This document shows, in pieces, positions 7,193-16,800 of a DNA stretch of 64,000 nucleotides. Under the pieces are notes generated by a model. That model did no database searches. It saw only the letters and a program-made list of their open reading frames with translations, and was not told the origin of the DNA. Source of the stretch: a virus; the IMG/VR virus record IMGVR_UViG_3300047198_000026, positions 38,593-102,592 of that record. The stretch is one strand, 5' to 3'. Each line of letters begins with the position of its first letter. Within the stretch, counting starts at the first letter, position 1. The translations under genes and the position numbers were made by a program.

Positions 7193-9058
7193 ATGTCCTT
7201 ATTTAGAACAGGATATCCGTCATCTATCCACAAAATATATGAAATTCCTGGTGTAACCCAAGAAAACTTTGATGCTATAGAAGACTGGTCTGGTATTGAG
7301 CATTCAAGTTTGACCTCTGCTTCTTCTGGGCAACATGTGGCTGGGGGAGCAGGAGTCGTTTATGTGGGTAAAACACTGGACATTTCTGAATTATCTCCGG
7401 CCTCTGGGGCTATGGTTAGGAATCGTCAGACGGGTACCTTTGGGAAATACGACGGATTAGACTTCTATGGGATATGGGCAAATAAGTACTCTCGGGCTCG
7501 GGCCACCTTGTCAGGGGCGGTATTTCCCCTAACGGCAGACTGGCAAGGTAGGTTTGACTGTAACCAGATTTTGTGGGACTCCTTACATGAATTTCACATT
7601 GATCCAGCGGACGCATTATCTGGATCATTTACTCCCTGTGCCGATGGGTTCTATCATGTTATTGCTAGTTTTGCCATCTCAGCAGCTAATACACAAGTAA
7701 CAACTAACACATCACGACCCTCTGGAAATGGAACTGTACAGTGGATTCCCAGTGGATATGGGGTAGGTTATAATTATAAGAACGTGTGGGAATATCCTAG
7801 TGTTAGCGACGAAATGCACTATTTTAATGAGTCAGCAACATCTGGAGTATATGATTCCTTTAATCTATCTCCCGCAGCCACTGGAGGACCTGCAGGATCT
7901 TCTTCTGTTGTTATAGGAGCAACTTGGAGAGTTCGGCTTCGGAATGGAAGTTGTGCTTGTAATAATACGTGTTACCATGATATTACCACCTGCACTTGTA
8001 ATAATTCCTGCTATGAAGATACGGCCTGCACCTCCTGTGATATGACATGTTACCAACAGGGAAGTTGCACATGTAATAACTCGTGCTATGGTCAGGCTGG
8101 ATGTACCTGTAATAACACCTGTTATAGCCAAACGTGCACGACCTGTAATGCCACCTGTTATAGTCAAACGTGCACATGTAATTATACCTTATATGGACCT
8201 CATTGTAACACATGCTACATTACGTGCTATTGGTTTGCTTGGTGCAAAGGTGATCAGAGCTGCACCTGTAATAATACCTGTTATGGGGGATTCACCTGCA
8301 CCTGTAATAATTCATGCTATGGACAATCCTGTACCTGTAATAGCACTTGTTATCAACAGCAATGTGCCTCTTGTTATAATACTTGTTATGGGTATAGTGG
8401 ATCTTGCACCTGTAATAGTTCGTGTTATGGACAAGGCTCTTGCACTTGTAATAATTCTTGCTATGGTGATACCCCTTGTTCCTGTGATGTAACCACCTAC
8501 GGGTATTCTCATTCGTGTGAATGTGATGCGTCTCAGTATCTAGGAGTTTTCCAAATTGCTCCTGAGATATATGATTCCGCTTTAGGTTGGGCAAGGGGGA
8601 CACTAACATCCATAGCTGGAACAGCATATGGAGAATATACATATGTATGGGACACTGACCCTTTTAGAACCGCCGACTGGACAGCTGAGACTGCCTCAGG
8701 AATTACAAGTATAGCATATCGCCTGTTTACTCCCTACACGGCTGCCTGTGGAGTGTCGGCTGATGTGAGCCAATTTTATTTAAGCCAATCTTGGTTTCCT
8801 GTAAGACCCGTGTTGCGTTTGCAGATAGTAACGAATGAAGCAAATGCGTCCTCTTCGGTGGTGGCCCAGACTCAAGAGACCATTGCAGAAGCAGGGGCAG
8901 AAAGTTATCAAACTGTCTCTCTATCCACTATAGTTCCTCTCAAAGGCGGAGACAGGCTTAGTTTTAAGGTTAGGAAAACCCGAATTGATGATATGAGTAC
9001 AAATAATTATGCCTATTCCTTTGTGAGTGTGCATCGGTTAGGGGGTCAGTGGATTTAA
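7193..9058 (+). CDS. Tail fibre/virion protein, C1q-like, with nested Cys-rich repeat insert (paralog 3)
   Basis: Shared N-terminal module; the C1q-like halves FTPCADGFYHV and VPLKGGDRLSF are separated by ~370 aa that include the Cys repeats. Confidence 0.7.
   Translation: MSLFRTGYPSSIHKIYEIPGVTQENFDAIEDWSGIEHSSLTSASSGQHVAGGAGVVYVGKTLDISELSPASGAMVRNRQTGTFGKYDGLDFYGIWANKYSRARATLSGAVFPLTADWQGRFDCNQILWDSLHEFHIDPADALSGSFTPCADGFYHVIASFAISAANTQVTTNTSRPSGNGTVQWIPSGYGVGYNYKNVWEYPSVSDEMHYFNESATSGVYDSFNLSPAATGGPAGSSSVVIGATWRVRLRNGSCACNNTCYHDITTCTCNNSCYEDTACTSCDMTCYQQGSCTCNNSCYGQAGCTCNNTCYSQTCTTCNATCYSQTCTCNYTLYGPHCNTCYITCYWFAWCKGDQSCTCNNTCYGGFTCTCNNSCYGQSCTCNSTCYQQQCASCYNTCYGYSGSCTCNSSCYGQGSCTCNNSCYGDTPCSCDVTTYGYSHSCECDASQYLGVFQIAPEIYDSALGWARGTLTSIAGTAYGEYTYVWDTDPFRTADWTAETASGITSIAYRLFTPYTAACGVSADVSQFYLSQSWFPVRPVLRLQIVTNEANASSSVVAQTQETIAEAGAESYQTVSLSTIVPLKGGDRLSFKVRKTRIDDMSTNNYAYSFVSVHRLGGQWI
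7952..8539 (+). repeat. 16 imperfect C-x(1-2)-C-x3-[C/x]-Y coding repeats (consensus CTCNNSCY)
   Basis: Counted by hand: 46 Cys in 196 aa. DNA units such as tgcacctgtaataat recur. Confidence 0.95.
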
Positions 9059-10701
9059 TGACTACTTCTAATATTCTAAGTCAATTAGGACAAGTTCTCT
9101 CCCAAGCAGGGGCTTCACAGAATGCCCCCTTAATTATAGACAAATTTAATATAGGGTTGGTGGATGAGGAAGTCCTTTCGAAGTACCAATACAGTCCACA
9201 GGCCTGTGTTGATTGTCAGGATGTAGAGTTATTTCCTAGGGGTACTCTTAGTAGAAGGAAGGGTTTTGATAAATTAAATTCAGCTCCTTGGTATAATGCA
9301 CCCATCAATAAAATATTTCAATGGCAGACTATAGATGGAGTAAGCCTATTCCTTGCCTTTTGTCCAGCATCAGGGTCCACTAGCGCGGATATCGGCTCAA
9401 TTACGATTACAGGCTCTTTTGTCCTTACTCCGATATTATCTGTGTCTTCTGCGTCTGCAAGTTGGGATCCAGAATGGACGGATGTAATTTCAGTAACAGC
9501 CTATTCGGGCTCTGCTGTATTTGTTTATCCAAATACTGAGGTGCCATACGCTTGGAGTGGGCAGGCTGGTTCATTGGTTGAATCCTTATCGGCCTCTTCT
9601 CCAAGTGGAGCAAAATATTGTGCGAGTTATGGAAATCACCTTTTATTAGCTAATGTTTTAGATGTTAACGGAACTCGTCGGGGATCTAGAGTGGTGTGGT
9701 GTTATCCGGGCAATCCCGGTTATTGGCCTGCTACCTACTATCTAGATTTTGATGCCGATGATGGAGACGAGATAACCTCAATTTCATCTTTGGGTAACTT
9801 GGTAGTCGTACAGAAAGAGACAAAGACTTTTGTAATGCACTACACTGGTGATGTGGACATATTTAAAGGGGAAAGGATATCAACATCTACTGGGTGTGTG
9901 GCCCATAATTCTGCAAGAGAATTTAAAGGGGTATTATACTTCTTGGCAGTGGACGGAGTTTATAAATTTGATGGTGTTTCCCCTCCAGTAGAATTGTCAG
10001 GAAACATTAGAAACCACTTTAAGCAGTTGAACAATCAATACCGGCATATGAGCCAGACGACTGTTTTTCCTGATAAGGACCAGGTTTGGGTGTCTGTTCC
10101 CTATGGATCCTCTATATTTCTAAATAGGATCTACGTTCTAGATTTTGTACAATCGGCCTGGACTAAGTTTAACATCTCCTGTGCATCCTTGAGCCTTATT
10201 CGATATGGAGCCAACTTGGCTTATGAAAACTTTCCCTTGGATTATGGAAACTATGACTTAAAGATAGGAGACGCATATGGGGCTCGATCGGAGATCATTG
10301 TTACTGGAACCTATGACGGATTTATCAATAGGTATGGATTATTTAATACGGATAATGGAGTCCCTGTCATAGCCTATTGGACTAGCTGCTGGCTAGATTT
10401 TGGGATGCCCAACTACAATAAGAGAGTTGTCAGGGGGACTGTCTGGTTAGAGAAGGAAGGAGATTATGACCTATCTGTTTTTGTCTTTGCTGACTGGGAC
10501 GATGTCACTCCTATTAAGACATTTACTGTATCTCTGTCAAGTACTGTTCCAACTATCGAGAAAAGACTTGACTTCACTAGGAACTTACGATCCTTTCAAT
10601 TTACTGTCACTACTTCTGGGGCTACGGCCTCTGGATCTCCTTTTAGGATTCATAAGATGGCTTGGGATTGGGTACCCAAGGGGAGGACTCAGGTCAAATG
10701 A
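9058..10701 (+). CDS. Tail tubular/nozzle protein (T7 gp12 / P22 gp10-like beta-propeller)
   Basis: G.LSRRKGF near the N-terminus, beta-rich, GCVAHNS...VLYFLAVDG, LDFG.P...KR. Lies just before the ejection-type genes. Confidence 0.7.
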   Translation: MTTSNILSQLGQVLSQAGASQNAPLIIDKFNIGLVDEEVLSKYQYSPQACVDCQDVELFPRGTLSRRKGFDKLNSAPWYNAPINKIFQWQTIDGVSLFLAFCPASGSTSADIGSITITGSFVLTPILSVSSASASWDPEWTDVISVTAYSGSAVFVYPNTEVPYAWSGQAGSLVESLSASSPSGAKYCASYGNHLLLANVLDVNGTRRGSRVVWCYPGNPGYWPATYYLDFDADDGDEITSISSLGNLVVVQKETKTFVMHYTGDVDIFKGERISTSTGCVAHNSAREFKGVLYFLAVDGVYKFDGVSPPVELSGNIRNHFKQLNNQYRHMSQTTVFPDKDQVWVSVPYGSSIFLNRIYVLDFVQSAWTKFNISCASLSLIRYGANLAYENFPLDYGNYDLKIGDAYGARSEIIVTGTYDGFINRYGLFNTDNGVPVIAYWTSCWLDFGMPNYNKRVVRGTVWLEKEGDYDLSVFVFADWDDVTPIKTFTVSLSSTVPTIEKRLDFTRNLRSFQFTVTTSGATASGSPFRIHKMAWDWVPKGRTQVK

Positions 10702-10901
10702 AAGTGGCAATACGAAGAGTGTCTGAGTGGGCCTCAGGGAATCTTGACAACCTGAACAGTATTCTTCTTGAGCATGAGCATGCTATTAACGCGAATACAT
10801 TTGGAACCTATGTATCCTGTGCCGGAGCATCTGGTGTGTCTATCGGGTACATTGCTATAAAAGACGATACAGGCACAACTAGGTTTATACCAGTATGGTA
10901 A
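10698..10901 (+). CDS. Small tail-associated protein
   Basis: ATGA overlap with the nozzle gene and GGAGG RBS. Confidence 0.5.
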   Translation: MKVAIRRVSEWASGNLDNLNSILLEHEHAINANTFGTYVSCAGASGVSIGYIAIKDDTGTTRFIPVW

Positions 10902-10921
10902 GTAATAAAATTTAAAAAAGG

Positions 10922-12121
10922 GTGATTAAAATGGGAGATTATGATATGGGATCTTGGGATGTGGGTATTGATTATCAACCTCAATATGATTGGAGTCAAT
11001 ACGCTTTCGATCCATATGCTGGATACGGATATGATACAGGAGAGGCTGCTCCAATAGACTGGAGCCAGTATATGAATCAGCCTACAGACACTTCCTCGAT
11101 GGAAAACTACATTGGTGATTATACCGGAGGAGGAGGAACTCCCATTCCAGGTTATGTTTCTACCCAAGGGATTGGTGGGGGTGGAGGAGTGTATGGTGCT
11201 GCTGATGCTGCGGGTGGAGGAATTGGTCAGTATGCCAATTTAGCAACAACCATAGCCGGAATTTTGGCCAAACTAAAGGGTGGAACTGGCACAAAAAGCA
11301 CCGGCACTAACCAAGCTGCCGGTGCTATTCAATACCCTCCCCAGAAGGCTGCCGGATTGCAAGGAGCCCAGCAGGCCATTAGTAATTTGAGGATTCCAGG
11401 AGTTAATCAGGTCGATTTGGCCTCTTTGCTTGGACTAGGTCAAAAGAACCTTACCACTATGCAGCAGCAAGTTATTGATCCAACGACATATTTAGCCCAA
11501 CATGGAGCCCAGTTTGTTGACCCAACCCAGTATCAAAATATGGTTAATATGGCTAACAAGATGTATGGCCCTGATTACTTGAGACAACAGATTGCTCCTT
11601 TAATGAGTAATGCTGGAATTACAGGTGGGGCAGACTTAAGTAGAGTGGTTGATCAATCATCCAATATAAATCAAATGAGAAACCAGGCCATTATGACTGC
11701 CTTACAAAATCAAGCAGGGGCAACAACTCAACAGAATATTCTTAACCAGTCAGCAAAAACAGGAGCCATGGGAGCCCTTCCTGGATTCCTTGGACAACAG
11801 GCTGGTTTAGTTTCAGACCCATATAGCCAAGCTTTAAATATGTCAACTGCTGGGGGACAAATGACCTTGGCTGACTTTTTAGCCTTGGCCAATGCGTCAT
11901 CCCCAACGGGCAGTACCCAAGCCGGAACTCAAACTCAGGCATATGGTCAACAGAATCTTCTCCAACAGTTAGGACAACTTCTGTCTTCAACAGGGGCAGC
12001 AGGTTCAGTTCAGCAACAGGGACAGTGGAATCCAGTAACGGGACAATACCAATATCCCCCACAGCAACAGCAGACTAGTGTAATTAGTTCACTGCTTAGC
12101 GCACTTGGACTAGGGGGCTAA
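10922..12121 (+). CDS. Putative internal virion/DNA ejection protein
   Basis: Gly/Gln/Ala-rich low-complexity sequence in the position typical of podovirus ejection proteins. Confidence 0.55.
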   Translation: MIKMGDYDMGSWDVGIDYQPQYDWSQYAFDPYAGYGYDTGEAAPIDWSQYMNQPTDTSSMENYIGDYTGGGGTPIPGYVSTQGIGGGGGVYGAADAAGGGIGQYANLATTIAGILAKLKGGTGTKSTGTNQAAGAIQYPPQKAAGLQGAQQAISNLRIPGVNQVDLASLLGLGQKNLTTMQQQVIDPTTYLAQHGAQFVDPTQYQNMVNMANKMYGPDYLRQQIAPLMSNAGITGGADLSRVVDQSSNINQMRNQAIMTALQNQAGATTQQNILNQSAKTGAMGALPGFLGQQAGLVSDPYSQALNMSTAGGQMTLADFLALANASSPTGSTQAGTQTQAYGQQNLLQQLGQLLSSTGAAGSVQQQGQWNPVTGQYQYPPQQQQTSVISSLLSALGLGG

Positions 12122-12142
12122 TTAAATAGAAGAGGTGTAATT

Positions 12143-13834
12143 ATGGCAAATACAGTACCAACAACTGGAGATAATATGTATGGATGGCCTGGAGTAGGTC
12201 AATCAAACACTCCTTTATTACAAGAAATGCTATGGAATGCCATCAAGGGTTCCCTATCAGAAATGGGGAAACCCCCACAGGGAGGGGCTTATACTTTACC
12301 AGGTCCTCCTACTCCTCCGGTGGCTCCAGTAGCGCCAGTAGCTCCTACTCCGATAGCTCCTCCTGTTATAAAACAACAGGTGAGAACTCCGGCTCAGAAG
12401 ACAGCAGCAGCTGCTCTTGCGGCCCCAGGGGGAGTTCCCTCTACACCTGATAAGCTACCGCCTGCCACTGAAGTACCAAAACCTGCTCCAGCGCCTGAGA
12501 TTCCCTATGGAGGATTGCCTGGTGAACTTCCACCCGAACCAGATGTGGCCGGTAGAATAACCAAGGCCTATGAACAGGCCTATCCAGAGAACCTTGAAGA
12601 CGTCTTGCCCAGACAGTCGAGGCCAGCAGGTGGAATGGGAGATTGGCTTACTAATATGTCTATGGCTGCAGCCGGTCAGGATCCCGTAGCCTATAGGCGT
12701 CAGCAACAGTCAGAGGATGAGGCCAAATGGACTCAGGCAGTTAATTACAAATTGCAAAGGTCCAAGGGGCAATATGACTTGGAAATGAAGAAAGCCGATA
12801 TGGATATGCAAAAATATGAGAGGACGAAGCAGGATGCTCTGGCCTTATTGACCCAGCAGTATAATGCTGATCCCGAGAGGGCTATGAAAAGTGAGAAGTG
12901 GGTTAGCGACTTCTCCAGAATACACATGCCCGGGGCCACTCCTGAACAGATTAAAGACTATGTTAATACCAGAAAGGACCCCAAGACGGGTCAATTAGTT
13001 GGTCCTAGAAATGCTTCTGAGAAATGGGCCGATGATACCTTTGGAAAGTATGTTGCCATGAAGAGCATGTTCCCAGATATGGATGATGGGTCAGTTAAAG
13101 CCTTGGCTGCTGGAATACAGGGATATAATGCTATGGAGCAAGAGTATCAGAAAAGGCGTAAGGAATTAATGAAGCAGACAGATAGTGCTTCTAAGAAAAA
13201 GAAGCTTGATCAGCTTGATGAGGATTATAGTGACTATGTGGAGGCCACGAAGGGATTACGGAATAAAGACCTTTTGGCAATGCAGAAACTTGCTGCACAA
13301 TCTCAGGCCAGTTTTTATAGGGCCCAAAAGGACCTAGCTGATGCCCAACTCAAGCAGTGGAAAGCCCCCCCTGTGAGTGCCCAGATTTTAGCCTTGGCAG
13401 ATCCCTCAATCAAGGATCCTACTATGGGGGCTATGACAGCTCAAACATACATGAAGGGGGCTCAAACAGCTATTCCAAAGGTGTATAAAGCTACAGTTGG
13501 AAAACTGAATTTAAATAAGGAAATTTTTACCCCTACTGAACATGAATCCCTATACACTATGGGAAAAGGGTCGCGTATGTGGTTGATTCAAGGAATGATG
13601 ACAGCCGCGATTCCTCCAGCTGAGAAACAGAAACTTTGGAAGCAGCTTGGATGGCCGGCCAACGATTTCGAATACTATAAATTATCTCAAAAGGATAAAA
13701 ATCTTTATTTGGCTGAGTCTCAATATGCCTATCAATTATTGCAGGAGGCTGATGCCAAGCCTGATGAGGTAATCAGGGGTATTATCAATTATGGACAGGT
13801 ACTCCGAGGGGGTGCGCCCCTCCCAACAAAATAA
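12143..13834 (+). CDS. Putative internal virion/ejection protein
   Basis: Pro-rich N-terminus, helical coiled-coil body, and synteny. Confidence 0.55.
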   Translation: MANTVPTTGDNMYGWPGVGQSNTPLLQEMLWNAIKGSLSEMGKPPQGGAYTLPGPPTPPVAPVAPVAPTPIAPPVIKQQVRTPAQKTAAAALAAPGGVPSTPDKLPPATEVPKPAPAPEIPYGGLPGELPPEPDVAGRITKAYEQAYPENLEDVLPRQSRPAGGMGDWLTNMSMAAAGQDPVAYRRQQQSEDEAKWTQAVNYKLQRSKGQYDLEMKKADMDMQKYERTKQDALALLTQQYNADPERAMKSEKWVSDFSRIHMPGATPEQIKDYVNTRKDPKTGQLVGPRNASEKWADDTFGKYVAMKSMFPDMDDGSVKALAAGIQGYNAMEQEYQKRRKELMKQTDSASKKKKLDQLDEDYSDYVEATKGLRNKDLLAMQKLAAQSQASFYRAQKDLADAQLKQWKAPPVSAQILALADPSIKDPTMGAMTAQTYMKGAQTAIPKVYKATVGKLNLNKEIFTPTEHESLYTMGKGSRMWLIQGMMTAAIPPAEKQKLWKQLGWPANDFEYYKLSQKDKNLYLAESQYAYQLLQEADAKPDEVIRGIINYGQVLRGGAPLPTK

Positions 13835-13843
13835 GGGGTTAAT

Positions 13844-16800
13844 ATGTTATCTATAAATTCCTTTGATCAGGCCAGTGTTGCAGAACCCTCCTCAAGATGG
13901 GGAGCCCAAGGTCCTGCTATTCAAGCAGTAGAGCCTGGTTATGCTGAATACGGCTGGGCTAAGATGCGAGAGACTCTTTCAAAGAGATTGGGTACCTTAG
14001 ACTACTATGCAGACAAGATTTCTTCAGGTCTGGGTATCTCTAAACCCGAAGTCTTTGAGAGATGGTCACAAAGCCTTAAACCAGAGGATATGAAGCTTGA
14101 TACCCAATCCTTCGTCAAGAAGCTGATTGGGGCTGCCGCAGGGGCAGCAGTCGATTTACCTGTATACGCAGGGGCATCTGCCCTAGGATCTCTTGCCCTA
14201 GGACCAATTGCTGGCCCAGCAGCTGCCTTTGGAGCCATTGGGGCAGCCGAAGGGGCGCCAGAAGGTGGTCTAAAAGGAGCACTGACACAGGGAGCCTTGG
14301 GTGCTGGAACCGGTGCAGGCTTTGGATTAATGGGAAAGCTTGGACTTGGGCGCCTTGGTAGGTCTTTAGGAACAGGAAGTCTATTTGCTGGTGGTGATAT
14401 AGCTGGTAAGGCTGTAACAGGACAACCACAAAGTTTTGAAGATGTTGCTCAGTCTGGAATATTAGGACTTGGAATGGGGGCTATGGGAAGGGGTAAACCT
14501 CGAGAAGTAGCACGCCCAGGAGAGGCACTACCCAGACCTGGTCCTGGAATACCCGATGAGAGGGCTGGTACGGCTCCTGGTATGGGACTTCTTCCAGAAG
14601 AAGCCCCTAGAGGATTAGGTCCTCGAGCAGGAGCCCCGGGAACTCCTAACCTTTTGGATATTCTTGGGAGATCTCAGCAAGAAGCTCCTATTGACCTTCA
14701 AACAGCTATGGGTCTTCGACCAGGAACCGCAGATATCCTTGGACTTACAGGGCAAGGACAAGTTCCATCTGTCATTCCTAAGGGTATGAAATATGATAAA
14801 GGTACTATAATTAAAGAAGCAAAACTTCGTAATCGGGCTACTTCAGACCAAGTAAAGGATTTAGTTCGCTTTGGGGTAGAGGAAGAGGATGCAAAAACAC
14901 TCACCACAAGGGAAGCTGCCCAAATTATTAAGTCATCCAGGAAGAGCTCAATTATGAAGACAGCCAAAGGCCTGGATGTGTTTGACAAAATGGCAGAAGA
15001 ACCTAAGACAGAAGGAAGATGGGAAAAGCCGTCTGCCTATGGATTTGACGCTGATACTGCTATCAAAGAGGGAATGGACAAAAGAGTAGATGGAGATACC
15101 CTTTGGGCCAGAAGTCAATGGACAAAATGGCAAAGACTGGATAACAGGTTTGAGGCAATAAAGAATAAGAAAAGAGTATCCGACCGGATGGAGAAGGCAG
15201 ACCTTGTCACAAAGATGTCTGAAATCAAACATCAATTGGAAGGTTATGCTGGATTTGAAAAGGAGGCAGAGGGATTTTCTGGGGAGACCAGACTGATGAA
15301 GAAGGAAGTTACTAAGTTACTTAGTGAGGTTGAGAAGGAACTTAGACCCCAAGGTCCAAAGATTTTAGCCCCTATCAGAAAGGCAATACTCGATCGTGGT
15401 TTCACAGAAGAGGATGTGGCCTTAGCAAAGAGAACAGCCCGAGATAAGATTATCCAGAACAAAGGTGTGACCAACCTTACCCATCGCATTTCGCCAGAGG
15501 GCAAACTTGAGGCCCTCTCAGCAGAAGAAAGAGGGAAGATTACCAGCGTTGAGGCCCCTAAAGAACCTCCGGCAAAGGTCTTTGAGAGACTACCGGGAGA
15601 ATCTGACAAAGATGCTGCTGCCAGATTTGAAAAGGAATTTGGGGCAGAGGTAGTAGAAAAAGAGCCCAGAGAACCAACTGTCGTGTCAGAGGAAGTTCCT
15701 GTACCCAGTACTGAATTAGATGCAGAGAAGGTATTACTAGAGTCTGTGAAACGCCGAGCAATGTATGATAAGTTACCCAAAAGGACCAAACAACAGTTTG
15801 ACGCTTTACTCTTACAGAATGCCAAGAAGATTGAACCCACAATAACAAAAGTAGGTCAGGCTTGGGAACTGGCTGATAAGTTATCTGAGTCTAAGGGAAG
15901 GGCCTTCGAAGGAGAAGTTACTGAGAAGACAGTGGCTGCGGAAGCTGGAAAGGCTAGGAAGGAACCTAAAATTGTAGAGCCAGATGAGGAACAGACGAAA
16001 GTTGGGATGGCCAGGACGGCCATAGAACGTAATGTGGCCGAAAGAGAGAGTATTGAATATGCTCAAAAGCCAAGACAAACCCGTAAGGAAAGTCAGGACA
16101 CTATTGCCTCAAGAGGGCGTTCGGCTGCTGACCCCATTGAAGCCACCACGGACCTTACTCCAAAGACCCATACTGGTGAGTGGTTAAAGAGATGGACCGA
16201 TTGGTATTACAGGACTTTTAGGAATGAAGACCCAGATCAACTTAGGGAAAGATTTAATATCGCTTATAGAACACAATTAGAAACTAGGATGCCTGCTATG
16301 ATGGCATATCCAGGAGGTCCTGGAAAGTTGATTCCCTTGAGCGATTTTATGGGTCAGATGATGAATTCACAGGATCCAAATCTTAAGATGATTGGAGAGA
16401 TGGGAGCCCGGAAGCATGTTATGGCCAAGGACAATCTGGTCAAAGACCAAGAAACCGTGGTCACAATGGAGGCCATCAAGAAAAGGGCTTTGGGAAGAAT
16501 GACTCAGGAAGAGTGGACAAAGAAATTATGGGATTTGGAAAAGACCTTTAAGACGGATGATCCTGATGTTGGCGCTTGGAGAGATGTTGTAAAAGCCAGA
16601 GAGGAGTACTATGCAGAATTAAGGGGGATGAAAGCCAGGGGTATTTACCGTCTGGACTACATCATCCCACACAAAATTGACATGTCGGAGGCTTACTTAA
16701 GATTCAGGCAGTCTGTATTAGGGGCAAAGGAATATGAAAAACTTCCTAAGGACGTAAAAGAGTTTGCCAGTGAGCAGGAGATTGGCTTAGTTAAGAGTAT

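Noticed and set aside
7952-8539. Possible CRISPR array or diversity-generating retroelement repeat
   Set aside because: The units are imperfect, in-frame coding repeats of about 33-42 nt without unique spacers. No cas or reverse transcriptase gene and no adenine-specific TR/VR pair were seen.
7865-8642. Several alternative-frame and antisense ORFs over the Cys repeats
   Set aside because: These are shadows of the repetitive coding frame, with no RBS and no independent motifs.
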